Below, one piece after another: positions 50,907 through 60,551 of a stretch of DNA of 64,000 nucleotides (its first letter is position 1; each line of letters starts with the position of its first letter). Source of the DNA: an uncultured Actinomycetota bacterium. GTDB lineage: Bacteria > Actinomycetota > Actinomycetes > JAFAQI01. The stretch spans positions 84,993-148,992 of the forward strand of contig CAWFEP010000014.1 of the NCBI GenBank assembly GCA_963814845.1. The letters run 5' to 3'. The position numbers and the translations under genes were made by a program. Below the pieces are notes generated by a model, which saw nothing but the letters and a program-made list of their open reading frames with translations, was not told where the DNA came from and made no database searches.

Positions 50907-52934
50907 GTGACGGCGCACAAACGGATATGGCTGCGCGAGTACATGGTCGCGGTCTCGATCTTTGGTGTTCCCTTGCTCGTCCTCGCCTGCGTCAAGGTGC
51001 CGTGGACGAACCTTGGCAGCAAACTTCCGGCGATCGTCGTCGCGTGCGCGTTCTTGATCATCGGCGAGCTGCGACCCATCCCCGTCTCTCGCGGTGCTGA
51101 CGCTGGCGACGAGTTGTCGATCTCCAGCACCCTTGCAGTTGCCCTGCTCTTCCTGACCGACCCTGGCGTGGCGTGCGCCGCCCAGGCAATTGCGCTGTTC
51201 GTCGATGAGGCGCGCAAGCGCCGCGCGTGGGACCGACTGGTCTTCAACGTCAGCCAGTACACCCTGGCGTTGCTCGCCACCCGCGCGGTCTTTGTTGCGC
51301 TGATCGGTCAGCCCATCCTCGGCCACCCCGCAACGTTCACCCCGAGCCAGCTGCCAGCCGCGATCTTGAGCTGCGCGGCGTTCTTCGTTCTCAACAACGG
51401 TCTCACCGGCATCGCGGTGGCCATCGCGACCCGGATGCCGCTGCGTCGTCTCGTACTGGCGGACTTCCGCTCCCACCTGCCGACCGACGGCGTCCTGCTG
51501 GCACTCGCGCCGGTGGTTGCCCAGGCACTGTCGTGGTCCGTCGCGGCTCTGCCGCTGCTGATGGTGCCGCTGATCGCCGTCCACCGAAGCGCGCGACTTG
51601 CCTCCGAGCGCGAACACGAGGCGTTGCACGATGCGCTCACCGAGCTGCCGAACCGCTCCTCGCTGCTGATGCGGCTCAAGCAGGCGTGCGAGGACCTCAG
51701 CCAGGTGCCGTTCGCGGTCATGCTGGCCGACCTTGACCACTTCAAGGAGATCAACGACACCCTCGGCCACTACGCCGGCGACCGACTTCTCGTCGAGGTC
51801 TCCAGCCGACTGCGCGGTGCACTGCGCAACGGTGACTTCATCGCCCGGCTTGGCGGTGACGAATTCGCCATCCTCGCCTACCACGTCGATGGCGAGGCCG
51901 CGGCACTCGACGTCGCCGCCCGGCTACGGGAGGCCTTCGAGTCGACCTTCCCACTCGCCGGCGCAGACCTGTCCGCGCAGTGCAGCATCGGGATCGCCCT
52001 CGCACCGCGGGATGGCGCCGACGAGGACCTGCTGCTCAAGCGAGCCGACGTCGCGTTGTACGACGCGAAGACCGCTCGCGGCAGCGTCATGATGTACGAC
52101 GGCTCCCGCGATGATCACTCGGTCGAGCGACTGTCGCTCGTCGCCGACCTGCGCCGCGGCATCGAGACCGGTGAGGTGTTCCCGCTCTACCAGCCGTTGT
52201 GTCACGCCGCGACCGGCGAGGTTGTTGGCGTCGAGGCGCTTGCCCGCTGGCGGCATGCTCAGGCCGGTGTCCTTGCCCCTGGCGAGTTCCTCGACATCGC
52301 TGAAGGCGCTGGCATGCTCGACACCTTGACCTACGCGTTGCTTGATCAGTGCTTGGGCAACCTCGGCACCTGGCACCGCTCGGGTCAGATGATCGGCCTG
52401 TCCTTGAACGTCTCACCGCGCACGATGCGTGACTCCCGATTCGTGGACCGCATCCGCGAGTCGCTCGACAAGGCCGGCATTGACCCGCACTGGCTCACCC
52501 TGGAAATCACTGAATCGGTGATGGTGAGCGAACGCGAGCAGAGCCTCAAGCAGCTCGCCCGGCTGCGCCGGCTTGGCTGCCGCATCGCGATTGACGACTT
52601 CGGCACCGGCTACTCGTCCATGGCGTACCTCAAGAGCTTGCCGGTCGACGAGATAAAGATCGACAAGTCGTTCGTGGCAGAGCTTGGCGAGAACCCGAAG
52701 GACGAGATCATCGTCAGAGCGATCGTCGACCTGGCGCATCGCTTCGGCCTCACGGTCACTGCGGAAGGCGTCGAGACCGACGCCGCGTGGGCGCTGCTGA
52801 CCTCAATCGATTGTGACGTCATCCAGGGCTACCGGCTGGCTCGGCCGCTCACCGCAGATGCGCTGAACGCGTGGCTGTGCCAGCGGACCGCGACACCGAT
52901 GGTCACCGAACGCGTCCAGCTGAAGGCGCTCTGA
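50907..52934 (+). CDS. Multi-pass membrane sensor / GGDEF / EAL c-di-GMP protein
   Basis: About 7 N-terminal TM helices. GGDEF: MLADLDHFKEINDTLGHYAGD…RNGDFIARLGGDEFAIL. EAL: [40 protein letters not shown] start with AGGA upstream. Confidence 0.9.
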   Translation: MTAHKRIWLREYMVAVSIFGVPLLVLACVKVPWTNLGSKLPAIVVACAFLIIGELRPIPVSRGADAGDELSISSTLAVALLFLTDPGVACAAQAIALFVDEARKRRAWDRLVFNVSQYTLALLATRAVFVALIGQPILGHPATFTPSQLPAAILSCAAFFVLNNGLTGIAVAIATRMPLRRLVLADFRSHLPTDGVLLALAPVVAQALSWSVAALPLLMVPLIAVHRSARLASEREHEALHDALTELPNRSSLLMRLKQACEDLSQVPFAVMLADLDHFKEINDTLGHYAGDRLLVEVSSRLRGALRNGDFIARLGGDEFAILAYHVDGEAAALDVAARLREAFESTFPLAGADLSAQCSIGIALAPRDGADEDLLLKRADVALYDAKTARGSVMMYDGSRDDHSVERLSLVADLRRGIETGEVFPLYQPLCHAATGEVVGVEALARWRHAQAGVLAPGEFLDIAEGAGMLDTLTYALLDQCLGNLGTWHRSGQMIGLSLNVSPRTMRDSRFVDRIRESLDKAGIDPHWLTLEITESVMVSEREQSLKQLARLRRLGCRIAIDDFGTGYSSMAYLKSLPVDEIKIDKSFVAELGENPKDEIIVRAIVDLAHRFGLTVTAEGVETDAAWALLTSIDCDVIQGYRLARPLTADALNAWLCQRTATPMVTERVQLKAL

Positions 52935-52935
52935 G

Positions 52936-53514
52936 ATGTTCCTCGGATTCTGCGCGCTGCTCATCGTCGCGATGGTGCCGCTGACGCGAGGCCATCTCGG
53001 CCGGCTTGCCGAGATCAGGCTTCGTTGGGTGCCCCTTGCCGTCGTCGCTTTGGCGATCCAGGTGCTCGTCATCACCGTCTGGCCGCGCATGCCGCACGGG
53101 ATCGCGGTCACTGCCCACCTCGCGTCCTACGCCATGCTTGGCGCTGTCGTGTGGGTCAACCGCGCGATTCCGGGCATGGTCGTGATCGCCCTCGGCGCCG
53201 GCGCGAACGCACTGGCCATCGCGGTGAACGACGGCACCTTGCCGGCGTCAGCGACCGCGTTGCGCCAGGCTGGCATCAAGCCCCGCGTCGGCTTCCAGAA
53301 CTCCGGCGTCCTCGCCCACCCGCACCTGACGTGGCTGGGCGACATCATGGTCACCCCGTCCTGGCTGCCGTTGCGAAACATGCTCAGCGTCGGTGACCTG
53401 GTGCTCCTCGCCGGTGCCCTCATCCTCGTGATGAAGGTCACCCACTCCGCGCCGAAGGCGGAAGAACCCAAGCTGGCAGAGCCACTAGCCGCCCTCAATC
53501 CGATGGCCGTCTAA
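52936..53514 (+). CDS. DUF5317-like integral membrane protein
   Basis: 192 aa with 5-6 TM helices. …GAGANALAIAVNDGTLPAS… and …SWLPLRNMLSVGDLVLLAGALIL match my recollection of DUF5317. It starts 2 nt after the GGDEF-EAL stop. Confidence 0.6.
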   Translation: MFLGFCALLIVAMVPLTRGHLGRLAEIRLRWVPLAVVALAIQVLVITVWPRMPHGIAVTAHLASYAMLGAVVWVNRAIPGMVVIALGAGANALAIAVNDGTLPASATALRQAGIKPRVGFQNSGVLAHPHLTWLGDIMVTPSWLPLRNMLSVGDLVLLAGALILVMKVTHSAPKAEEPKLAEPLAALNPMAV

Positions 53515-53565
53515 GGACTCGAGCGTTTAAAGTCCTCGGAAACTGCGGCTGCTGGCTGCCGGCTT

Positions 53566-53940
53566 CTAGCGATCGACGATCACGTTCGTGGCTTTGACGA
53601 CTGCCGTCGCGTACACGCCGGGTTCAAGCTTGAGGTCGTCCGCCGCTTCGCGGCTCATCAACGACACGATGCGGAAGTCTCCGCACGCCATCTCAACCTT
53701 GGCCATCACACCGTCGCGGTCGACCGAGACCACGACACCGTTCAATCGGTTGCGGGCGCTGGATTTGTTTGTCGATCCGCTGTGGGCCCGGACCAGCTTG
53801 CCGAGCTGCGACGCCGGCAGCATCCGCTGGTTGCCGCGGCGGACGAACTTCACCCGACCGTCGGCCTCCCAGCGGCGCAGGGTGTCGATGCTCACGCCGA
53901 GGGCTTGTGCGACTTCTCCGATACGCAGCAATTCAGCCAC
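53566..53940 (-). CDS. Excisionase/MerR-type HTH + TOBE (Mop) domain regulator (molybdate/tungstate-responsive, ModE-like)
   Basis: MAELLRIGEVAQALGVSIDTLRRWEADGRV is the HTH. SARNRLNGVVVSVDRDGVMAKVEMACGDFRIVSLMSREAADDLKLEPGVYATAVVKATNVIV is the TOBE fold pattern. Confidence 0.8.
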   Translation of the reverse strand: MAELLRIGEVAQALGVSIDTLRRWEADGRVKFVRRGNQRMLPASQLGKLVRAHSGSTNKSSARNRLNGVVVSVDRDGVMAKVEMACGDFRIVSLMSREAADDLKLEPGVYATAVVKATNVIVDR

Positions 53941-53949
53941 GCCACAACC

Positions 53950-54896
53950 TTATTCGTGATCGGCCGGATAACGCACCCCACCGTCGATCCGCAGCCGCAC
54001 CCGATCACCTACGGCTGGCCCAGGAAACGGCACCAACGCCGAGAGCCGACCGGTGCTCGTCTCGAGCTCGGCGCGAGCGCCGTCCTCAAGCGGAGTGAGT
54101 CTGATCACGACGGCGGCGACCTCACCGGCCGGATCGAGGTGCACTTGGGTGGGTCGAGTCAGCACCAAATCCCCGCCGTCGCGAAACTCTCCACTGAAGC
54201 CGAGGAACCGAGCGACTGCCGGGGTAGGTGGCGCCTCGAGCACCTCGCGAGGGTGGCCCTGCGCGGCGATCCGCCCGTCCATCAACACCACGAGCCGGTC
54301 CGCCAGCGCCCATGCCTCGGCCCTGTCGTGGACCACCAGCATCACCGCACCAGGACCAGACCTGATTGCGCCTGCGGTGTCCTCGAGCAGGGCTGCGCGG
54401 TTGACCGGATCGAGCCCGGCGAACGGCTCATCGAGCAGCAGGATGTCCGGCTTGATCGCGATCGCGCGAGCGATATGCACCCGGCGTCGCTCACCGCCTG
54501 ACATTGCCGACGGCCGGCCGCTCGGCAAGATGGTCGGCCCGCATCGTGGCGAGAGCCTCGGTCGCTCGAGCGCGGCGTTCCCGGCGCGAGCACGCCCCAC
54601 CAGGCGAGCGCGAGCTCGACATTGGCTCTAGCGGTACGCCGAGCGAGATCAGGCGACTGCATCGCCGTGGCGACCCGACCGTTTCGCTCGATGCTGCCCG
54701 CCGCCGGCGGGAGCACGTTGCCGATCGCTTCGAGCAATGTGCTCTTGCCCGCGCCGTTAGGGCCGAGGACCGCCAAGACTTCGCCGGCGGCGAGGCTCAG
54801 GTTGATGTCGTGCAGCACGTCGGCCGCGCCTCGACGCACCGCGAGTGACGTCGTCCGCAGCAACAGCTGGGGAGTAGCAACTGTAGGTGCGCTCAT
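53950..54896 (-). pseudogene. ABC ATP-binding protein with C-terminal TOBE-like domain (ModC/TupC-type), two frameshifts
   Basis: MSAPTVATPQLLLRTTSLAVRRGAADVLHDINLSLAAGEVLAVLGPNGAGKSTLLEAI… is the N-terminal frame. RAERRARATEALATMRADHLAERPA lies in a second frame. MSGGERRRVHIARAIAIKPDILLLDEPFAGLD… plus the C-terminal β-rich domain lie in a third. Junctions are at ~54.58 and ~54.51 kb. The ATG overlaps the permease stop (ATGA at 54893-54896). Confidence 0.8.
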
Positions 54897-55613
54897 GAGG
54901 ACGGCCGCATCCAGACAACGTGATCGTCGCGCTGCAATGCGTACGTCAACGCAGCCGTGACAATCAGGATCAAGCCCAGCAGGATGATGCCAATCGCCAT
55001 CGCATAAGCAAATTGCGCCTGGTCCACTGCGAAGATCGTGGCGCTCGCCAGGGTCTGGTCTGATCCGACCACGTTGCCGCCGACGAGCACGACAGCACCG
55101 ACCTCCGACAACGCCGATCCCACTGCCGCGATGACACCGGTCATGATGCCGATCCGCGACTCGCGAATCGCGAGCGCCCACACCTGCAAGGTCCCCGCAT
55201 CAAATGCGCGTGCTTGCAGCAGCAGGCCCGCCGGCACCGCGCGTACCGATGAGCTCGTCAATGCGACCACGATCGGCACTGCGAGCACAGTCTGCGCGAG
55301 ATATACCCCGTGCGGCGTGAACAGCAGGTGGAATCGACCAAGCGGTGCCGCCGGAAACATCAACAACGACAACACAAGACCGACCAGCACCGGCGGCAGG
55401 ATGAGACCAGCATTGGCGAGCACCAAGGCGATCTGTCTGCCACGGAACCGGCCGAGACCAATCGCCACACCTGATCGGCACGCCGACGACAATCGCGACA
55501 CCGGTCGAGATGGCGGCGACTTTGAGGGTGAACTCCGTGACCCGAATCACGGTCGGGTCGCCGGTGATGATCAGGTGCCAGGCCTGCCGCAGGCCCCGCC
55601 ACATGAATTTCAC
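54893..55613 (-). pseudogene. ABC permease (TupB/ModB-type), one frameshift at ~55472
   Basis: N-terminal frame (V)KFMWRGLRQAWHLIITGDPTVIRVTEFTLKVAAISTGVAIVVGVPI joins GVAIGLGRFRGRQIALVLANAGLILPPVLVGL… if one base (complement of T55472) is removed. The C-terminal half has …ARAFDAGTLQVWALAIRESRIGIMTGVIAA…, the EAA-loop region. Confidence 0.75.
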
Positions 55614-55644
55614 GGTGCGGACACTGACCCCGTGCTCACTTTGG

Positions 55645-55968
55645 TCACTTCGACGGGCCGGTCACATAGACAAGCTGGCCCGACGGCAGGCGATAGACGG
55701 TGCCGACCTTGGTGCCGGGCCCGACCGTGCGTGCACCTGGTGTCGGCAACGTGTGCAGCGTCTGGCCGGGCGAGATCGTGATCGTGCCTGGGGCGACCGG
55801 CTGCAAGCCGCCGTGGGTCAGGTCTTTGGTGAGGTTGAGCGAAGACAACGCCGCGAGCAAGAACGCCACCGCCAGCACGATGCCGAGATCGAACAGGTTG
55901 ACCAGGCCATCGAGCGGATCACCGGCGCGGTCCTCCCGCAACCGGGCCCGTGGCGTCACCTTGATCAT
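55645..55968 (-). CDS. DUF2149-like / ExbD-TolR-like single-pass membrane protein
   Basis: 107 aa. …EDRAGDPLDGLVNLFDLGIVLAVAFLLAAL… is followed by a β-rich periplasmic-type tail. RBS GGAGG is present. The ATG overlaps the upstream stop (ATGA at 55965-55968). Family assignment is from memory. Confidence 0.55.
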   Translation of the reverse strand: MIKVTPRARLREDRAGDPLDGLVNLFDLGIVLAVAFLLAALSSLNLTKDLTHGGLQPVAPGTITISPGQTLHTLPTPGARTVGPGTKVGTVYRLPSGQLVYVTGPSK

Positions 55969-56664
55969 GAGACGACCGACCTCCGATGCCGGTACGCCGG
56001 CTGACGGAGTCGTCGGTCAGCACCGCCGCGACGTACTCGAGGTCGGAGAGGTCCTGGCCGTACATCCGGTCGCGATATAGCGACAGGCCGAACGCGAGCA
56101 AGGCCGACCAGCAGGCCGAGCACGGTCACGCTGAACGCGATCCGGAGGTTCTGGCTGAGCTGGTTGAGGTGGCCCTTGTGCCAGCCCCTCAAGGGCCGGC
56201 GAGAGCGGGATCAACGTGCCCATCAGGCCCAGCGCGGGGCCGGCGCGTACCAGCAGCCGGGTACGCGCCAGCCGGCGCTGGGAGTCGAAGTCGAAGTCGG
56301 CGAGCGCCTTCGCCAGCCGAGTGTCGGCGCCTGGCTCGCCGGCATTCGCCGCGATGGTCTCGAGCGTGGTGGCCATCGCCGCGCTCCATGCCACGCCCTG
56401 CGAGCGCTGTTGCGGCAGCAGGTCGATCCCGGCGTCGACCGCCTCGCGGGCAGTTCGCGCCGCCGCCGCCAATGGTGGGAAATGGCGTGGCTGGCGGGTA
56501 CGCAGCTCGACCGCAAACCCGCCGATCTCGACGATCACCGCCGCCAGCGCGAGCAGCGCGAGGATCAGCACCGGGACCTCGAGGGATCTCGAGACGTCAA
56601 AGATCGCCTGCTCGATCGCGTGCGTCACCGCGGTCTCACCACGCTCCTCTATCGCCTGGACCAT
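55965..56664 (-). pseudogene. MotA/TolQ/ExbB-family proton channel protein, about three frameshifts
   Basis: MVQAIEERGETAVTHAIEQAIFDVSRSLEVPVLILALLALAAVIVEIGGF… …RLLVRAGPALGLMGTLIPLSPALEGLA is the conserved MotA_ExbB core. The sense continues in other frames as KGHLNQLSQNLRIAFSVTVLGLLVG and LLAFGLSLYRDRMYGQDLSDLEYVA. Confidence 0.7.
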
Positions 56665-57973
56665 CGCAGCTCACGGGCGGCGCCCGCCGCGAACAGGAGC
56701 ATTATCGCCACAATCGACCCGACTATGGCAGCGGCTCGCCAGCCACCGGAGAGCCGGACATCTGGTGACACGCCTGTCGTCGTCGCGCTCGACGACCGAG
56801 CCGGGCAGGGTGACCAACGCCACGGTCTGGCCGATGAGTCGGCCGTGGACGAGCGGCAGTCCCGCCGAGGAGGTAGCCGGCTGAGCCGGCGGGGTGGGCT
56901 GCGGACTGGCTGCTGAGCCGCCGGACCGGCCACTCGAGGAGCCAGTCGTCGGTGCTGTCGGTGGCGTCGACTGGGTGCCTGTGCCCGGACTGCCGGTCGT
57001 GGTGGGCGGTGGCGTGGTGGGAGTTGTGGTGGGTCTTGGTGCCGCACTGTGTGTCGGGGTCGGGGTGCTCCCGGGTGAGGGATTTCCCTTGTAGCGCGCC
57101 GGGCCGACGGTGATGAACAGCGGTGCTGCCACACCCGGCGGAGTCATCCGGTCCGGCTGCGCTTAGCTCGACCTCATAAGTGGTGCTGCCTGTGCCCTTG
57201 AACGAATGGGTAAAAGTCTGCTGATGCGACAACACTTCGCCGGTGCTCAACGTCCACGTGAACTGCGGCTCGACAGCGTCCCCTGAGCTGCTCGCGCTGA
57301 ACACGATCGGCGCACCGATCTTGACTGGCTTGGCAACACTCGGATGCGTGCTCGCCGTGACAGTCAGCAGTGGCCCGGTGTGGACATCGAGATCGATCGG
57401 ACCGGCCTGATTGCTCTCGACGTCATCGAACGTGGCGTTGTCGGTGCTACTACGCAGTGGCCGGACATAGTTGATCTCGGTGCCATTCACGAAGAACACC
57501 GGCAACAATCCAGCCGTTGGCGGACCGTGGAAGCCCGACGGTGCCGACAGGTCAGAAGGCGATGTTCCACCCACTAGGAACGAATGGCTCGCGCCTGCTC
57601 CCGGCACCGTCACCTCGGCGAACGTGACCTTCGCCAGCTCCTGTGGACTCAGCACGTCCTGCATCACCGCGTTGACGGACAGACCCGACGTGACGTACGG
57701 ACCGCCGGCGCCAGCGTCACCGTCGTACTGGTACTGCACGTCAGACACCGCATTGGGTGCGTTTGCCGTCATCGCCGCTTGCGCGTCGGCGTTGATATCG
57801 TCACTGTCGAGATAGTCGACGCCGCCGTTCGGCAAGCCGACGATGATGCACGGGCCCGACGTCGCACAGGAGGTCGGGTCTGCGGCCGCCGCCGGAGACG
57901 TGGCCACACCGCCCAACGCGCCGCCGAGCACGACCGCAACAACAAGCGCTCGGCTCAACGGCGCGCTCAGCAT
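56649..57973 (-). pseudogene. Secreted protein with PKD-like domain, Pro/Thr-rich linker and C-terminal TM anchor; two frameshifts
   Basis: Signal MLSAPLSRALVVAVVLGGALGGVATSPAAA. PKD-like …FTWTLSTGEVLSHQQTFTHSFKGTGSTTYEVELSAAG…. After a frame change at ~57.13 kb comes VAAPLFITVGPARYKGNPSPGSTPTPTHSAAPRPTTTPTTPPPTTTGSPGTGT…. After a second change comes …GGWRAAAIVGSIVAIMLLFAAGAARELRWSRR*. Confidence 0.6.
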
Positions 57974-57975
57974 GC

Positions 57976-59666
57976 TCAGGTCACGTGCACCGACCGCGCC
58001 GCAGATGATCCCGCGGTGATCTGGCCGGTGTTCACGTACTTCACCCTAACCTTCCAGGTGAAGCCACGAGTCAGCTTCACCTTGACCGTGAAGGTCTTCG
58101 CGCCGTTGCTCAACGCCTTCGACAGCACGAAATGCTGGCTGCTCGCCGAGGCGTGACCGGCATAGACCCGCAGCGTTGCTGACGAGCCGCTCACCGCGGG
58201 TGCCAACGTGCCCTTGATCGTCACGACGCCCTTCTTCGCGGTCGCCGAGGTGATCTTCGCGACACCGGTGACCGTCGACTTGCCCAAGCTCTTCGAATTG
58301 GGTTGAAGCAGGTCGCCGAACAGCGGGCTCAACGTCGAGTTCTCGATCTGGCTGATATGCGGACTCGAGACGATGTAGCTGGCGTCAGCAGTCGGCTTGT
58401 AGGACAACGTGTAATTGCCATCGGCGTCGGTCTGCGCGGTCGCAACCGGCACAGAGGTCGACGACCCGTTGACTTCGCCGACAGTGTCATTGTCACGCCG
58501 AACAACGGTGGCGTCCCAGGCACGATGTTGGTCAGCGAACCGCTGATCGTCAGCTTCTTGCCCGCCGCCACCGTGGCAGGCAGCGCCGAGGCAGTGATCG
58601 CCGGTCTGGCGTCGCCGATGAACGATGGGCCGCCGGGATCGTTGGCTTGGTAGGCAGTGACCGCCTTCTGGCCAGCCGCGGAAGTCAGCCAGTTGAGGAA
58701 CGCGAGCGCGCCAGGCAGGTTGATGTGCACGTTCGTGTTGCCGGTGAATGCCGCCGGGTTGATCGCGTACGCGTGGAAGGAGTTGATCAGCAACGTGGTC
58801 TGGTCGGCAGGGTCGGTGGAGCGGTCGTTGGTGACGACCTGCAGGTTGCTGATGGCGCCCTCCGACTCCAGGAACTGGAAGGTGCCGCGGTCGGTGAACA
58901 CGTAGCAGTTGCCGTTCGGGTAGTTGCAAGCGTCTGCGTTGACGACGTTCGGGCCTTGGGTCAGCCCGGTCTTCTGGTACCAGCTTGGTGCTGGAATCGT
59001 GCTGACCGTGCCGCCGCTGCATGCACCCGTCGCGGTGCTCGGCACCTCGCCGCCACCGTTCGTCCCGGCGCTGATGCTGCACAGGTTGGGCACGCCGGTC
59101 GTGAGCGCCCAGATCTGGTGTTCCTGGATCGCGGTGCCTGAGGTGTTTGCGCGTGACACGAAGTTCGCATGTCCGGCCAGACCAGCCGCCGCGATCTTCT
59201 CGAAGGCGGTCACGATGTTGTGCGAGGGATTCGAGCCACTCATCACGCCGGCCGGGTCACTCGCCGGGCCGAGCAGAACGTAGTCGCCATAGAAGATTGC
59301 CCGGCCGTACTGCTCGTCGGAGTAGCCACCGGCGACGAAGCTGTTCTCCACTGACGCTGCATGGACGAGCAGGGCGCTCGCCGTGCCCGCCTCGGCGTAG
59401 GTGATCGCCGCGCCGGTGCCCAGGCTGACGTAGTTCAGCGAGTACTGCGGGTTGGCCGCTTCGAAGTCCGGCTTGATGACGTTCTGCATCAGGTCGGAGT
59501 CGAACACGTCGCTGGTCCCGACCACGGTGACCGTCGAAGACGTGTCGGCGTGGGACGCCGCAGGGGTCAGTGTGATCGCTGCCAGCGTTGCGACGGCAGC
59601 GAGGGCCACCCGGCGCGACGTGATGAGCGCGGGCCGACGAACCGAGTGAAGAGGACGAGAGATCAT
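57976..59666 (-). pseudogene. TupA-like (PBP_like_2) tungstate/molybdate-binding protein fused to C-terminal Ig-like/CarboxypepD_reg-like domains; one frameshift
   Basis: Start chosen at MISRPLHSVRRPALITSRRVALAAVATLAAITLTPAASHA (Tat-like SRR). SBP core: …VTVVGTSDVFDSDLMQNVIKPDFE…GTGAAITYAEAGTASALLVHAASVENSFVAGGY…YGDYVLLGPASDPAGV…FVSRANTSGTAIQEHQIW. A frame change lies at ~58.46-58.51 kb. It is followed by …SSTSVPVATAQTDADGNYTLSYKPTADASYIV… and a β-rich tail. The stop is 2 nt before the next ATG. Confidence 0.75.
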
Positions 59667-59731
59667 GAGCGGGACCCTGCTTCCTGATGCCAAGGCATTA
59701 CGTGGGTTGACGTCTGCGTGGGAATCGCGGT

Positions 59732-60454
59732 TCACGCCGCTGCGAGAGTTCCGTTGACCGTGCACGCCGTGTCGCCGGCGGTCGCGTTCACTTCGACATC
59801 GAGCGTTGCAGTGACTGCCGTGCCATTCTGCGCGGTCACGATCAACGTGATCACGTCGGACCGCGTGGCGTCGACCGTGCCATCCGTCACGTCGGCAGGC
59901 AGCGTTCCCGTGGCGAGCGATGCGACGGTGCCGTGACTCAACACCACGGCCGGTGCGCCACCCTCATTGCTGGCGATGTCCGTGTCGGTGTAAGACAACG
60001 ACTGTGTCCCGCCGACAAAAGTGATGGTCAGCGAAGGAATCAACGTCGTGCCGCCGCAGGTAGCGATCAGGCTGACCGGACCCGCGGACCCTAGGTAGTG
60101 CGTCGATGGCGTGTCGACGAGGAACTGGCTGAGGTTGATCCGGGTCGCGGAGCCAGCCGGACCGGTAGCGCCTGCCGGCCCCGGCACCGGTCGCGCCCTC
60201 GGCCCGCGTGCACCGGTCGCGCCCTTCGCACCTTGCGCGCCGAGGGTGACCGCGGTCTGGCCGGTCGCGCACTTACCGCCGACCGAGAGCCGCAGCGCCC
60301 CGCCAGAGGTCACGCACGCCTTGGCACCCGTGAAGTGGGTCGTCGTCACGGCGGCGGCGACACCCCCGACCAACGTGACGGCAATCGCGCCTGCCAACAC
60401 CACCGGAATCCGTCGACCAATGCGCACGACGCCTCCTACTTCCTGCCTCGTCAT
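59732..60454 (-). CDS. Membrane-anchored/secreted protein with short collagen-like G-X-Y run
   Basis: TM/signal IPVVLAGAIAVTLVGGVAAAV, then GAQGAKGATGARGPR…PGPAGATGPAGS, then a β-rich C-terminal domain. Confidence 0.6.
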   Translation of the reverse strand: MTRQEVGGVVRIGRRIPVVLAGAIAVTLVGGVAAAVTTTHFTGAKACVTSGGALRLSVGGKCATGQTAVTLGAQGAKGATGARGPRARPVPGPAGATGPAGSATRINLSQFLVDTPSTHYLGSAGPVSLIATCGGTTLIPSLTITFVGGTQSLSYTDTDIASNEGGAPAVVLSHGTVASLATGTLPADVTDGTVDATRSDVITLIVTAQNGTAVTATLDVEVNATAGDTACTVNGTLAAA

Positions 60455-60551
60455 GGAGTTGTGACCGCCCGGGGATAAGAGTCACCGGCGTGTCAAGGTA
60501 TTACATAGGTACTGGGGTTTGTCGAGCGGTTCGCGATCCGCCCACGGCGGA

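Noticed and set aside
53515-53565. Intrinsic terminator between DUF5317 and the HTH-TOBE gene (AGGACT…AGTCCT stem)
   Set aside because: The stem is only 6 bp with an 11-nt loop and has no U-tract, so it is too weak to call.
59667-59731. Moco/Wco riboswitch upstream of the tupA-like gene
   Set aside because: The leader is only ~65 nt, which is too short for the ~130-nt Moco RNA motif, and no conserved elements were recognised.
60151-60250. Compensated double frameshift in the collagen-like run. The 16-mer AGGGCGCGACCGGTGC occurs twice, 26 nt apart, and is read in two different frames (KGATGA vs RARPVP), breaking G-X-Y.
   Set aside because: Every single or paired repair I tried still left an interruption in the G-X-Y register or destroyed the downstream sense. 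A natural interruption is equally likely.
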